A stretch of DNA of 64,000 nucleotides from Paludibacteraceae bacterium (GTDB lineage: Bacteria > Bacteroidota > Bacteroidia > Bacteroidales > Paludibacteraceae), in contig JAFSJN010000005.1 in NCBI GenBank assembly GCA_017439235.1, positions 3,066 to 67,065 on the forward strand. The letters run 5' to 3'. Under the pieces are notes generated by a model. It ran no database searches. It saw only the letters and a list, made by a program, of their open reading frames with translations, and was not told the DNA's origin. Position 1 is the first letter of the stretch, and the number at the start of each line of letters is the position of its first letter. The position numbers and the translations under genes were made by a program. Positions 26,213 to 36,484 of this stretch are shown here, piece by piece.

Positions 26213-27787
26213 ATGATGTATAGAAAACTCTTATTGACCCTTGTAGCCATCTGTGGCGCAACGATGATGTTCGCTCAGGATGTAGAGGCACAATACGAGC
26301 CGCCCCGTAAGCAGGGTGTGCACCCGTATAAGGACATTGAGCCGATTAATGATACACTCTCTAACTGGAGTATCTTCCTGCATGGCGGTTTCAATATCTT
26401 TGACGGTGATTTCAAGAGTGAGAAAAAGCATGTAGTCGGTGGTCCGTCCGTGGGTTTGGGTTTTGAGTATAACTTCAATCCTACATGGGGTATCGGTGCT
26501 GAGTACACATTCCGTGAGTACAACGTATCCGGTAAGAATAATGCCTCGACAGCGGCGACTTTGTTGGAAGGTCATATGCATCAGATGGACGCATTTATCA
26601 CATTCGATATCTTCAACGCTTGGCGTTCGCAGAATAAGAAAAAACTCTTTGCCCTGAACCTGATGCTCGGTGGCGGTGTGATGTGGTACAAAAACGGTAC
26701 ACAATACCCCAATCAGATGGGTTGGCGTACTGATCCGGCTACGGGAAATCAGTATCAATATATCATGTATCAAACCAAGAATCAGACGCCGGAGAAGATG
26801 AATGCGTATCGTTCTTATGGTGTATTCTTGGGTGGTGCGATGTTTGAGTTTAACGTCAATCGCAGTCTGACTGTTGGTGCTCGTGCTGTATATAACTACT
26901 TCACCAAAGATGAGGTAGACGCTCGTCCGCGCGGCAATAACAACGACGCTATCTTTGACGCCGAGATTATGCTTCGCTATAAGATTGACGCTGTTAAACA
27001 TTCGCACGTACGTAATATGTTAGGCTTAGAAGAGCTTACGATGCGTAAGATGGCTCAAGATGCAGCAACCAATGCGTTGGCGGATATGGGTGATCGTGAG
27101 AAGGATACCGTGGTTATCTATCATCGTGATACCATTGTGGTTGTCAATCGTATACGAGAATACGAAGAGGTGGCTTTGGATGACTACTACTACGTATACT
27201 TCGATAATAACGAGGATCGCATCTATGATCAGGGTCTGAGCACTATCCAACAGTGCGCTAACCGTTTGATGCGTGATGCTAACTTGTGTATCGAGATCGT
27301 CGGTTATTGCGACAATACCGGTACGGATGAATATAACAAGACCTTAGGTTATCGTCGTGCAGCCAATGTGGCGGATGAGTTCATCGGCGAATACGGATTG
27401 GATAGTGCACGCGTGAAAGTTGTTGGTAAGGGTATTATCCGCGGTAAGCGTTCTACGGCTGCTTATGGTCCTAACCGTCGTGCCGAGATTCGCGTGATGA
27501 CGAAAGCTGAGTTCGAAAAGAAATATAATCCCACACCGTCCAATCAGGATATACCTGAAGGAAAGAAGGTGGTTGTAGAGCCGGGTATATCTCTGGCTAA
27601 GTTGGCCCGTAAGTACTATAGCAATACCAATTGCTGGGTATATATCTTCAAAGCTAATATGGATATCCTGCCTACGCCGAATAGTTTGCGTACCGGAATG
27701 GAGTTGGTTATCCCCAACCTGTCGGAGTCGCAGCGTATGATTTCGCACCAACAAGCAGAGGAAATATACGAGAAGATTAAACTATAA
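26213..27787 (+). CDS. OmpA-family outer membrane protein with a C-terminal LysM domain
   Basis: Start trimmed to MMYRKLLLTLVAICGATMMFAQD (signal peptide). The N-terminal half is Y/G-rich and beta-barrel-like. OmpA_C motifs are present (IVGYCDNTGTDEYNKTLGYRRA, NRRAEIRV). A LysM-like tail follows (VEPGISLAKLARKYY...GMELVIP). Confidence 0.88.
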   Translation: MMYRKLLLTLVAICGATMMFAQDVEAQYEPPRKQGVHPYKDIEPINDTLSNWSIFLHGGFNIFDGDFKSEKKHVVGGPSVGLGFEYNFNPTWGIGAEYTFREYNVSGKNNASTAATLLEGHMHQMDAFITFDIFNAWRSQNKKKLFALNLMLGGGVMWYKNGTQYPNQMGWRTDPATGNQYQYIMYQTKNQTPEKMNAYRSYGVFLGGAMFEFNVNRSLTVGARAVYNYFTKDEVDARPRGNNNDAIFDAEIMLRYKIDAVKHSHVRNMLGLEELTMRKMAQDAATNALADMGDREKDTVVIYHRDTIVVVNRIREYEEVALDDYYYVYFDNNEDRIYDQGLSTIQQCANRLMRDANLCIEIVGYCDNTGTDEYNKTLGYRRAANVADEFIGEYGLDSARVKVVGKGIIRGKRSTAAYGPNRRAEIRVMTKAEFEKKYNPTPSNQDIPEGKKVVVEPGISLAKLARKYYSNTNCWVYIFKANMDILPTPNSLRTGMELVIPNLSESQRMISHQQAEEIYEKIKL

Positions 27788-27805
27788 AAGTCGCGTTCGC
27801 GCGCT

Positions 27806-27880
27806 GGTTCCATAGCTCAGTTGGTTAGTAGCACCTGACTCATAATCAGGGGGTCGTAGGTTCAAGCCCTACTGGAACCA
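27806..27880 (+). tRNA. tRNA with CAU anticodon (Ile2-lysidine or elongator Met)
   Basis: GGTTCCATAGCTCAGTTGGTTAGTAGCACCTGACTCATAATCAGGGGGTCGTAGGTTCAAGCCCTACTGGAACCA is a 75-nt cloverleaf with anticodon loop CTCATAA. The sequence differs from the other CAU tRNA at 2303-2376. Confidence 0.9.
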
Positions 27881-27884
27881 CAAA

Positions 27885-27909
27885 GGAGGTCGCTGTTGCG
27901 ACCCCCTTT
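27885..27909. terminator. Hairpin between the tRNA and the convergent response regulator gene (possible bidirectional terminator)
   Basis: ggtcgc-tgtt-gcgacc stem (27888-27903) followed by ccctttg. It sits between the tRNA 3' end and the regulator stop codon. Confidence 0.45.
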
Positions 27910-27927
27910 GCTATTCATAAGAAACAG

Positions 27928-28605
27928 TTATCCGTTTATTAACTTATATCCTTTGCCGTGAACGGAGAGAAGCTGTGCTTGCGAACCTTTCAGGTAACTG
28001 CGTAGATGATGGATAAAGACCGATAGGGAACGTGAGGCAAAATAATTATCTGTTTTCCAGACGGACTTGAGTATATGGCTGCGTTCTACAATCTGATTAG
28101 AATGACGGCAGAGAAGTAGTAATATCTCATTCTCATGCGAGCTTAAATGCACTCCGCCCAAGTCTTGATGTACTGAATCAAAAGTTAATCCACCAATCGA
28201 GAATTGTGTTTCGTTTTCTTCTTCATACGTACGAATACGGCGAATGAGCGCGTTAATCTTACATACCAGTACTTCCATAGAGAAGGGCTTAGTGATGTAA
28301 TCGTCCGCTCCGGCTTCGTAACCGGCAATTAAGTCGTCTTGCGTGGCGCGAGCCGAGACTATCACTACGGGGATGCGACGATTGGTCAAGCGTAACTCCT
28401 GCAACATTTCTAAGCCGTTCATGCGCGGCATCATAATGTCCAAAAGCAGCAGGTCGTAATGGGAAGCATTGATCTTCTCAAGGCCTTCGAGGCCGTCCGT
28501 AGCCACATCAACATGGAACCCGCGTGTCCGTAAATCATCGGCCATCAGGGTGCGCACGGTTACGTCATCTTCGCACAATAATATGCTGCAATAGCGTTGC
28601 TCCAT
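27928..28605 (-). CDS. OmpR/PhoB-type response regulator (receiver plus winged-helix DNA-binding domain)
   Basis: 225 aa. Receiver motifs are present (CEDD, LLLLDIMMPRMNG, the conserved K in ITKPF), plus a C-terminal trans_reg_C-like domain. No histidine kinase gene is adjacent. Confidence 0.9.
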   Translation of the reverse strand: MEQRYCSILLCEDDVTVRTLMADDLRTRGFHVDVATDGLEGLEKINASHYDLLLLDIMMPRMNGLEMLQELRLTNRRIPVVIVSARATQDDLIAGYEAGADDYITKPFSMEVLVCKINALIRRIRTYEEENETQFSIGGLTFDSVHQDLGGVHLSSHENEILLLLCRHSNQIVERSHILKSVWKTDNYFASRSLSVFIHHLRSYLKGSQAQLLSVHGKGYKLING

Positions 28606-28623
28606 AGTATTCTATTTCGACTG

Positions 28624-28654
28624 CAAAGGTACAAAAAAAAATGGATATATCAAA
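28624..28654 (-). promoter_or_regulatory. Promoter for the response regulator gene
   Basis: caaaggta at 28624-28631 and caaa at 28651-28654, 19-nt spacer. Confidence 0.6.
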
Positions 28655-28669
28655 AAAATCACACAAAAA

Positions 28670-28701
28670 TTTGCGTATGTGCAATTTTTATTGTATCTTT
28701 G
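28670..28701 (+). promoter_or_regulatory. Promoter for secDF (about 100-nt leader)
   Basis: TTTG at 28670-28673 and TATCTTTG at 28694-28701, 20-nt spacer. Confidence 0.7.
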
Positions 28702-28808
28702 CAGGCTTTTTCGTTGCGTATGCGTGTGCGAACGTAGATAGATGCGTCGCTCAACGCGCGTGACGAGACATAAGTAGAATAGATTAAAATTAAATAAAAC
28801 AACACATT

Positions 28809-31800
28809 ATGCAAAACAAAGGACTTGTTCGAATCCTGGCTGTATGCCTTGCTTTGGTATGCGCCTTCTACTTGTCGTTTAGTTTCGTAACTTCGCACTA
28901 TGACAAGAAAGCGAAAGCTTACGCTAACGGCGATGCAGCAAAGGAGTACTTCTATCTGGACTCTATTGCATCTCAGAAAGTGTGGTTCCGTTACACCCTG
29001 AAAGAGTGCCGCGAGAAAGAGATTAACCTCGGTCTGGACTTAAAGGGTGGTATGAACGTAACGATGGAAGTGTCGGTGCCCGACATTCTTCGTTCGCTCA
29101 GCGGTCACAACACCAGTGACATTTTCAATCAGGCCATGTCTATGGCTCAACAAAAACAAAAATCCAGCGGTGCTGACTTTGTTACCCTCTTTATCGAGTC
29201 GTACAAGGAGATCGATCCTCAGGCACAGTTGGCTGCTGTCTTCTCGACTTTTGAATTGAAGGATAAGGTGACCACCACCTCTACCGATGCTGAGGTAGAG
29301 AAGGTGATTCGCGAAGAGGTAGACGGCGCTATCAATAACTCGTTCAACGTGCTCCGTACGCGTATAGACCGTTTCGGTGTTGTACAACCTAACATCCAAA
29401 AGCTTAGCCAGGCAGGTCGTATCCTTATCGAGTTGCCGGGTATTAAGGAGCCTGAGCGTGTACGTAAACTCTTACAAGGTTCGGCTAATCTGGAATTCTG
29501 GGAGACGTATGAGTTGTCGGATATCCTGCCCCAATTGGCTCAAATCAATAACGAGTATGCCAAGGTTGAGGCTGTTGCCGAGGAGACCAAGGCTGACAAT
29601 AAGGAAGCCAAGGCTGAAGCTAAACCTGCTGCCGATGATGTAGATGCATTGGTGGAGAACCTGAATGCCGATTCTGCTGCTATCGAGGCTGATCAGGAGG
29701 CTCAGATTGCTCAATACAAGAAACAGAACCCCTTATTTGCCATCCTCAATCCCAGCATCAACCAAGCCGGTCAGGCTTATGGCGGTCCTGTTGTAGGTAC
29801 GGTACATTATACCGATACAGCTCGCGTGAACGCCATGCTGACCTCGACAACGGCTAAGCAGGTGTTGCCGCGTGACTTGCGCTTCTATTGGAGTGTTAAG
29901 GCTATTGATGAGGCCGGTGCTTATTACCAGCTCGTAGCCCTGAAGGCTCAGCGTGACGGTCGTGCTTCGTTGGAAGGTGATGTAATCACCGACGCTCGTG
30001 CCGACTTCTCACAACTTAGTGCTTATGCCAACGTATCAATGTCGATGAATGCTGAAGGCGCTAAGGCTTGGCAGCGTATTACCAAAGACAATATCGGTAA
30101 GTCTATCGCTATCGTATTGGACGGATATGTATATTCCTTCCCGACGGTACAAAATGAGATCGCAGGCGGTAATAGTCAGATTACCGGTCGCTTCACCGTT
30201 GAAGAGGCTAAGGACTTGGCTAATACCCTCAAATCCGGCAAGATGCCGGCTCCTGCTCGCATTATCCAAGAGGATGTAGTTGGTCCTTCGCTGGGTCATG
30301 AGGCTATCGTGAACGGTATGTGGAGCTTTGCTCTGGGCTTTGTGCTCATCCTGCTCTATATGCTCTTCTACTATGGCGTTATCCCCGGTTTGATTGCCGA
30401 CGCAGCGCTGTTGTGCAACGTCTTCCTGTTGATAGGTATCTTAGCTTCCTTCTCGGCTGTATTGACTTTGCCGGGTATTGCCGGTATCGTATTGACGATG
30501 GGTATGGCCGTCGATGCTAACGTGCTTATCTACGAGCGTATCCGTGAGGAAATGAAAGCCGGTAAGAATCTGAGCAAGGCTATTCAAGACGGTTTCCAAG
30601 GTGCTATCTCCGCTATTGTGGATGCCAACGTAACCTCGTTCTTGACGGGTGCTATCTTGGCCATCTTCGGAACAGGCCCCATCAAAGGTTTCGCTGTTAC
30701 GTACATGATTGGTATTATCTCGTCCTTCCTGACGGCTGTCTTCCTGACTCGTCTGTGGTTGGAGGCTTATGCTAAGCGCGAGAATGCTAAACCGCTCAGC
30801 TTTACCACTAAACTGATGGAGAACTTCCTGCAGAATATCCACGTTAACTGGGTAGGTAAGAAGACCGTATTCTATATTATCTCCGGAACATTGGTAGTTG
30901 TCGGTTTGCTCGGTCTGGAGCCTCATATGTTTGGTAAACTGAATTTGGGTATCGACTTCTCCGGTGGTCGCAACTATGTTGTTCGCTTCGCTCAAGAGGT
31001 CAACACTCAGGCTGTAGAGAAGACCCTCACCGATGCTTTCATGGCTCAGAATCCTGAAGGCGAGAACTTGAGTATGCGTGTTATCACGATTGGTGATAAG
31101 AACCAGATTCGTGTATCTACTAACTTCAAGATTCAGGAGAACAGTGAGACCCTGGATGATGAAATCGAAGCTTTGCTGTATGAGGGTTGCAAACCCTATC
31201 TGCCAGAAGATTTGACATTAGAACAGTTCAAGTCGACCGAGATCAATCCTGAGATTGGTATCATGCAGAGTCAGAAGGTAGGTCCGGCTATTGCAGATGA
31301 CATTACCTCGGCAGCTATCGTAGCTATCATCTGCGCATTGATCGGTATCTTCCTCTATATCCTGCTCCGCTTCCGTAACTTTGCTTACTCGGTAGGTGCA
31401 GTAACGGCTTTGACTCACGATGCTATCCTTGTTTTGGGTGCGTATGCTCTATTGTGGAAGGTAATGCCCTTCTCTATGGAGATTGACCAAAGCTTTATCG
31501 CGGCCATCTTGACCGTTATCGGTTATTCGATTAACGATACCGTGGTTATCTTCGACCGTATCCGTGAATACAACACCCTCTATCCCAAACGTGACCGTGC
31601 AGACAATATCAACGGTGCCATCAACGCTACGCTTAGCCGTACGTTCTCGACTTCGATGTCTACATTCGTTGTTTTGGCAGCCATCTTCGTATTTGGCGGT
31701 GAGAGTATCCGTGGATTCATCTTCGCCCTGTTGATTGGTGTGATTGTCGGTACATACTCCAGTATGTGTATAGCTCCGATGATTGCTAACGAGATACAAA

Positions 31801-31844
31801 ATGCGCAAGCGCGTCGTCGCGAACGCAAAGCCCAAGCGAAATAA
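28809..31844 (+). CDS. secDF: Protein translocase subunit SecDF (fused)
   Basis: 1011 aa. The SecD periplasmic domain and its six-TM block are followed by a SecF block. The single-gene fusion is typical of Bacteroidota. Confidence 0.95.
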   Translation: MQNKGLVRILAVCLALVCAFYLSFSFVTSHYDKKAKAYANGDAAKEYFYLDSIASQKVWFRYTLKECREKEINLGLDLKGGMNVTMEVSVPDILRSLSGHNTSDIFNQAMSMAQQKQKSSGADFVTLFIESYKEIDPQAQLAAVFSTFELKDKVTTTSTDAEVEKVIREEVDGAINNSFNVLRTRIDRFGVVQPNIQKLSQAGRILIELPGIKEPERVRKLLQGSANLEFWETYELSDILPQLAQINNEYAKVEAVAEETKADNKEAKAEAKPAADDVDALVENLNADSAAIEADQEAQIAQYKKQNPLFAILNPSINQAGQAYGGPVVGTVHYTDTARVNAMLTSTTAKQVLPRDLRFYWSVKAIDEAGAYYQLVALKAQRDGRASLEGDVITDARADFSQLSAYANVSMSMNAEGAKAWQRITKDNIGKSIAIVLDGYVYSFPTVQNEIAGGNSQITGRFTVEEAKDLANTLKSGKMPAPARIIQEDVVGPSLGHEAIVNGMWSFALGFVLILLYMLFYYGVIPGLIADAALLCNVFLLIGILASFSAVLTLPGIAGIVLTMGMAVDANVLIYERIREEMKAGKNLSKAIQDGFQGAISAIVDANVTSFLTGAILAIFGTGPIKGFAVTYMIGIISSFLTAVFLTRLWLEAYAKRENAKPLSFTTKLMENFLQNIHVNWVGKKTVFYIISGTLVVVGLLGLEPHMFGKLNLGIDFSGGRNYVVRFAQEVNTQAVEKTLTDAFMAQNPEGENLSMRVITIGDKNQIRVSTNFKIQENSETLDDEIEALLYEGCKPYLPEDLTLEQFKSTEINPEIGIMQSQKVGPAIADDITSAAIVAIICALIGIFLYILLRFRNFAYSVGAVTALTHDAILVLGAYALLWKVMPFSMEIDQSFIAAILTVIGYSINDTVVIFDRIREYNTLYPKRDRADNINGAINATLSRTFSTSMSTFVVLAAIFVFGGESIRGFIFALLIGVIVGTYSSMCIAPMIANEIQNAQARRRERKAQAK

Positions 31845-31850
31845 TTTATC

Positions 31851-31880
31851 AGTAAGAGCGGGCTTAGGTCCGCTCTTACT
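31851..31880 (+). terminator. Hairpin terminator after secDF
   Basis: 11-bp perfect stem agtaagagcgg / ccgctcttact with an 8-nt loop. The downstream U-tract (attctat) is weak. Confidence 0.6.
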
Positions 31881-31936
31881 ATTCTATCGGCATGCGTGCG
31901 CGCATTACGCGTACACGCACTAAAAAATAAATAGGT

Positions 31937-32911
31937 ATGATGCAACGTCATTGGATGATTATTTTCCTACTGCTGCTCTGCTCATACACGGCAGCGCAGA
32001 CCTATAAGGTAGGTGACATAATGGTTAAGGATAATATCCCTTGTCTTGTAGTATATGTAGACTCCACCGGACAACACGGACTCATCATGACTCCGCCAGC
32101 CTTGCGTGAACAAGACTTTGATGGGTGGAAGAAACGCACCTTATCGCTTTTAGAAGATCAAAAGGTCTTTGCGCAACGTTATGCGAAGCGTCAAGCCCAT
32201 AAACGCAAATCACGTTTCCGCGGTTCGCAGGAGCAGATAGACTCGATATGCGATTTGACCCGTCGGGTCGTTACCGCTATGGAGAAGATGCCGCGCTTAC
32301 CTTATCATCCCGAGATACGTGAACGCCAGATGCAAGAGAGGGAGGAGGCTATTGTCTCGCGATGTGGAGGACAAGGAATCGCCAATAGAGAGCAAATCAG
32401 TCAATATTGTGCCGAGAATGGTATACTTATGGCTCTTTATTTCCCTGAGATCTATTGGGCATCCTTATTAGGCAACGATTGGTTCATCCCCGGTACCGAA
32501 GAGACGACTTTGATTTTGGGTAGTCTATATGGAGGTGTAGGAAGACAATACCGAATACCCTATAAGTACCGCCGCCGCAAACATCGCTATGAGCATGTCT
32601 ATCAACCGCTCCTACGTCGCTACGAGCAGGTCTCGTTAGGACGTTACCTCGACTATCGTCATAATACCTCCTATATGCGTCTCTATCCACTACGCACGAT
32701 GACATCTACCGCTGTCGGATGTCCGTGGAGCGAGGTTAATAGGAAGCAAGTAGAAAGTTTTGACCAAGACTATGCGGCACCCTTCTACAGCGTAGATTGG
32801 ATTAAGCCCGGTAATTATTTCAAATATACTCCCTCCGCACGCTATCAGGTAACATACGAAAACGGTTATCCTACTATCCCCGTAGCAATCTGTGCGGTAG
32901 CATGGTTTTAA
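31937..32911 (+). CDS. Hypothetical secreted protein
   Basis: 324 aa. Signal peptide MMQRHWMIIFLLLLCSYTAAQ. YKVGD...CLVVYVDSTGQHGLI and NDWFIPGTEE loosely recall DUF1566-type domains. The central region is very basic. I am not confident of any family. Confidence 0.65.
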   Translation: MMQRHWMIIFLLLLCSYTAAQTYKVGDIMVKDNIPCLVVYVDSTGQHGLIMTPPALREQDFDGWKKRTLSLLEDQKVFAQRYAKRQAHKRKSRFRGSQEQIDSICDLTRRVVTAMEKMPRLPYHPEIRERQMQEREEAIVSRCGGQGIANREQISQYCAENGILMALYFPEIYWASLLGNDWFIPGTEETTLILGSLYGGVGRQYRIPYKYRRRKHRYEHVYQPLLRRYEQVSLGRYLDYRHNTSYMRLYPLRTMTSTAVGCPWSEVNRKQVESFDQDYAAPFYSVDWIKPGNYFKYTPSARYQVTYENGYPTIPVAICAVAWF

Positions 32912-32923
32912 TGACAAACGATT

Positions 32924-33586
32924 ATGAAGAACGACTTTTTGAAATTTGCTATCAGTCGTGGCATGAACTCCGTCAATGTAGAGAAGGTAATGCGCGACAG
33001 TTATATCTCTCCTTCTATTCTGGAGGAGCGTCAACTCAATGTTACCCAAATGGACGTGTTCTCGCGTCTGATGATGGATCGTATTATCTTTTTGGGTACA
33101 GAGGTAAATGACTATACTGCCAATGTTATCCAGGCCCAACTGCTCTATTTGGATTCTGCGGATGCGGAGAAAGATATTCACATCTACCTCAATACTCCCG
33201 GCGGCAGTGTCTATTCGGGACTGGGTATATATGATACAATGCAATTTGTAAAGAGTCGTGTTGCTACTATCTGCACTGGTATGGCAGCTTCGATGGGTGC
33301 TGTACTATTGGTGGCTGGCGAGAAAGGCATGCGTGCCGCATTGCCTCATAGTCGTGTGATGATTCACCAGCCGATGGGTGGTATTCAAGGACAGGCTTCC
33401 GATATAGAGATTACTGCCAAGGAGATCCTCAAACTCAAAGACGAGCTCTATCATATTATTGCTACGCATAGCGGTCAAACTCCCGAGCGTATCCGTCAAG
33501 ATGCCGACCGTGACTATTGGATGACCGCTGAAGAGGCTCTTCAGTATGGTATGATTGATCGTATTCACTACAAGAAAGAGGAGTAA
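32924..33586 (+). CDS. clpP: ATP-dependent Clp protease proteolytic subunit
   Basis: 220 aa. GMAASMGA (active-site Ser) and MIHQP (His) motifs. Confidence 0.96.
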   Translation: MKNDFLKFAISRGMNSVNVEKVMRDSYISPSILEERQLNVTQMDVFSRLMMDRIIFLGTEVNDYTANVIQAQLLYLDSADAEKDIHIYLNTPGGSVYSGLGIYDTMQFVKSRVATICTGMAASMGAVLLVAGEKGMRAALPHSRVMIHQPMGGIQGQASDIEITAKEILKLKDELYHIIATHSGQTPERIRQDADRDYWMTAEEALQYGMIDRIHYKKEE

Positions 33587-33590
33587 AACA

Positions 33591-34847
33591 ATGGCAAAAG
33601 CGAAGGGAGACGAAGTTTGTAGTTTCTGCGGTCGTACTGTCCCGCACCTTTTTCAGGGACAGGATGGTTCGCTTATTTGTCCCGATTGCATAGAAGCCGG
33701 GCACAAGATGGTGCAGGATATGTATGCTAAGCAAGCTCAAGCACAAAAGATGGACTTGCTTAGTCTGAATAACCTGCCCAAGCCGCAAGATATAAAAAAT
33801 TTTTTAGACCAATATGTCATTGGCCAGGATGAGGCTAAGCGTTTCTTGAGTGTAGCCGTCTATAACCACTATAAACGTATCCTACAATACGATAACAGCA
33901 AACATGATGATGCCTACAAAAATGTAGAGATAGAGAAGTCCAATATCATCATGGTGGGTTCGACAGGAACCGGCAAGACTCTCATGGCCCGCACTATTGC
34001 CAAGTTATTGGCGGTTCCGTTCACTATTGTGGATGCAACCGTTATTACCGAGGCCGGTTATGTAGGCGAAGATGTGGAAAGCCTGTTGGTACGTCTATTG
34101 CAAGAGGCTGAATACGATGTGGCTAAGGCCGAAAGAGGTATTGTCTTTATCGATGAGATAGATAAGATCGCCCGCAAAGGGGATAATCCCAGCATCACAC
34201 GCGATGTGAACGGAGAGGGTGTGCAACAGGCCTTGCTCAAACTTCTGGAAGGCAGTATCGTCAATGTGCCGCCCAAAGGAGGACGCAAGCATCCGGAGCA
34301 GGAGTTTATTAAGGTCAACACTCAAAATATACTCTTCATTTGTGGCGGAGCTTTTGATGGTATCGAACGTCGCATTGCACAGCGTCTTAATACTCAGGTG
34401 ATTGGTTTTGATACGCAGCATAAGCAGCATATAGACAAGAAAAACCTTCTGCAATATATTGCTCCGCAAGACCTCAAGGCTTTTGGTTTGATACCCGAGA
34501 TTGTGGGTCGTTTGCCTATCTTGACCTATTTGGAGCCCCTCGATCGTTCGGCATTACGCAGTATTCTTATTGAACCTCACAACGCTATCACTAAGCAATA
34601 CCAAAAACTCATGGCTATGGATGGCATTACGTTGACATTTACGGATGAGGCTTTGGATTATATAGTGGATAAGGCCATTGAGTTTAAGTTGGGCGCTCGC
34701 GGTTTGCGTGCATTGGTGGAGACCATTATGATGGACTATATGTTTGAGTTGCCCGGTCAAAACAAGAGCGAGCTCGCTATTACTCGCGAACTCGCCCAAT
34801 CGAAGATAGAGAAAGCCAATGACCTGCGTTTACAGAACGCGGTGTAA
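33591..34847 (+). CDS. clpX: ATP-dependent Clp protease ATP-binding subunit ClpX
   Basis: Start trimmed to [15 protein letters not shown] (ATG 33591, 5 nt after the clpP stop). Zinc-finger CSFCG...CPDC, Walker A GSTGTGKT, and Walker B FIDEIDK. Confidence 0.96.
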   Translation: MAKAKGDEVCSFCGRTVPHLFQGQDGSLICPDCIEAGHKMVQDMYAKQAQAQKMDLLSLNNLPKPQDIKNFLDQYVIGQDEAKRFLSVAVYNHYKRILQYDNSKHDDAYKNVEIEKSNIIMVGSTGTGKTLMARTIAKLLAVPFTIVDATVITEAGYVGEDVESLLVRLLQEAEYDVAKAERGIVFIDEIDKIARKGDNPSITRDVNGEGVQQALLKLLEGSIVNVPPKGGRKHPEQEFIKVNTQNILFICGGAFDGIERRIAQRLNTQVIGFDTQHKQHIDKKNLLQYIAPQDLKAFGLIPEIVGRLPILTYLEPLDRSALRSILIEPHNAITKQYQKLMAMDGITLTFTDEALDYIVDKAIEFKLGARGLRALVETIMMDYMFELPGQNKSELAITRELAQSKIEKANDLRLQNAV

Positions 34848-34849
34848 AA

Positions 34850-36481
34850 TCACATACGGCTCATTACCTCTACCGCTTTCTTAGTAATCTCATCATCGCG
34901 TTCGAAGAGGGGGAAGAAACCTTCGTCACCTAATATATTTCGAACGATATAGGCATTGATTAGTCGCGTCAATAATGGGCGCGACTTTTCTATTTGTGCC
35001 TTGTCGGGTTCGATACCTTTCTCTTTAGCAAAGGCGATGAACTCCGGCAGCCAGTTGGCCCCCAGGAGGTGTTTCTCCAGAGCTTTCCAGTCCTTAAAAA
35101 GACTCAGTTGTTTGCGGTGGGCATCGGTATAACGATAAGCAAACTGATAGGTGTATGCCAAGTTGACACAGCGATTATAATAGGGGGTATTGAGAGTGGT
35201 GTCGCGTCCAACAAAGATATCGGGCATAATACCACCACCTCCGTACACTACGCGACCGGATTTGGTAAAATAGAGGGTACTATCTTGCAGGTGAACACTA
35301 TCGGCGTTGTAAAACTCTCCCCGTTCGAAACGCTCCAGGAGTTCTTTTTGATAATCATCCTGCTCACCTAATTTATAGGGCTTTTGGATGCAACGTCCGG
35401 AAGGAGTATAGTAGCGTGCTACAGTCAGACGCACCGCACTACCATCGGGGAAGGGTAGTTGTTGTTGTACCAGTCCCTTGCCGAACGAACGACGTCCGAT
35501 AATCTGTGCACGGTCGTTGTCCTGCATGGCGCCGGAGAATATCTCGCTGGCAGAGGCAGAGAAGTCATCAATGAGCACGATGAGTGGTACTTGTTTGAAG
35601 CGTCCGGCTCCATTGGCACGTGCCTCGTATTTAGGATAGGCACGACCCTCGCTATAGACAATCATCTCACCGCTCTCCAAGAACTCGTTGGCCATCCGGA
35701 TAGCTTGATCCATAAAGCCTCCGGAGTTCTCACGCAGGTCAACGATATAGCCTTTTGCGCCCTGCATTTTTAGGGTTGCCAGGGCGGAGATAAACTCATC
35801 GTAGGTGTTCTCGCCAAATTTATTGACACGCACGAAGCCAATCTTATCTATATGATGTACGCCGCCGGCTTGGATGGGGATGATGAATTTCGCATCTACG
35901 CTATGGACAGGTATATCGCCACGGGTGACAGTATAGTACAAGGTCTCCGGTGTTCCGGAACGCTTGATTCCTAAGGTGACTTGGGTACCCTTTTCGCCTC
36001 GTAGGGTGTGCATCACTTTCTCGTTGTTGATGCGTTTACCGACAAAGGTGGAGTCGTCTACCTCTACAATCTTATCGCCGGCTAATATACCTACACCTTC
36101 GGACGGACCGCCGGATATGACCGCTACGATATGTACTGTATCGTTTTGGATGTTGAATTGCACACCGATACCGGAGAACGAGGCCGACAATTCGGAGTTG
36201 ACAATTTCCAAGTCTTTCTTGGGGATATATGCCGAGTGAGGATCGAGTTTTTGCACCAGGTCTTGCATTACCTCATCGGTGATAGAGTCGGTGTCAATCT
36301 CCTCTACATAGGCTGACTGCATGAGTTGCAGCAGTTGGTCAATCTTGGAAGTTGACGAGAATATTTGCCCATTGTGAATGTAAAAGCGCTGGGCTGCGGC
36401 TTTGTTGGAGATAGCATTGCCCAAGAGGAAACCTAATAACAGGCAGGCTATCGTCAAGGTGGGGATGATATACTTTTTCAT
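34850..36481 (-). CDS. S41 family C-terminal processing peptidase
   Basis: 543 aa. N-terminal TM/signal, a PDZ-like segment, LRENSGG and FSASASEIF (catalytic Ser) motifs. Confidence 0.9.
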   Translation of the reverse strand: MKKYIIPTLTIACLLLGFLLGNAISNKAAAQRFYIHNGQIFSSTSKIDQLLQLMQSAYVEEIDTDSITDEVMQDLVQKLDPHSAYIPKKDLEIVNSELSASFSGIGVQFNIQNDTVHIVAVISGGPSEGVGILAGDKIVEVDDSTFVGKRINNEKVMHTLRGEKGTQVTLGIKRSGTPETLYYTVTRGDIPVHSVDAKFIIPIQAGGVHHIDKIGFVRVNKFGENTYDEFISALATLKMQGAKGYIVDLRENSGGFMDQAIRMANEFLESGEMIVYSEGRAYPKYEARANGAGRFKQVPLIVLIDDFSASASEIFSGAMQDNDRAQIIGRRSFGKGLVQQQLPFPDGSAVRLTVARYYTPSGRCIQKPYKLGEQDDYQKELLERFERGEFYNADSVHLQDSTLYFTKSGRVVYGGGGIMPDIFVGRDTTLNTPYYNRCVNLAYTYQFAYRYTDAHRKQLSLFKDWKALEKHLLGANWLPEFIAFAKEKGIEPDKAQIEKSRPLLTRLINAYIVRNILGDEGFFPLFERDDEITKKAVEVMSRM

Positions 36482-36484
36482 AAC

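Noticed and set aside
28763-28773. acgagacataa in the secDF leader next to the response regulator gene, a 10/11 match to unit 4 (acgagacatta) of the phased repeat array
   Set aside because: A 10-of-11 match is expected about once by chance in 128 kb of two-strand sequence. It is a single copy with no phased neighbours: the nearest ACG cores are 9 and 31 nt away, not multiples of 11.
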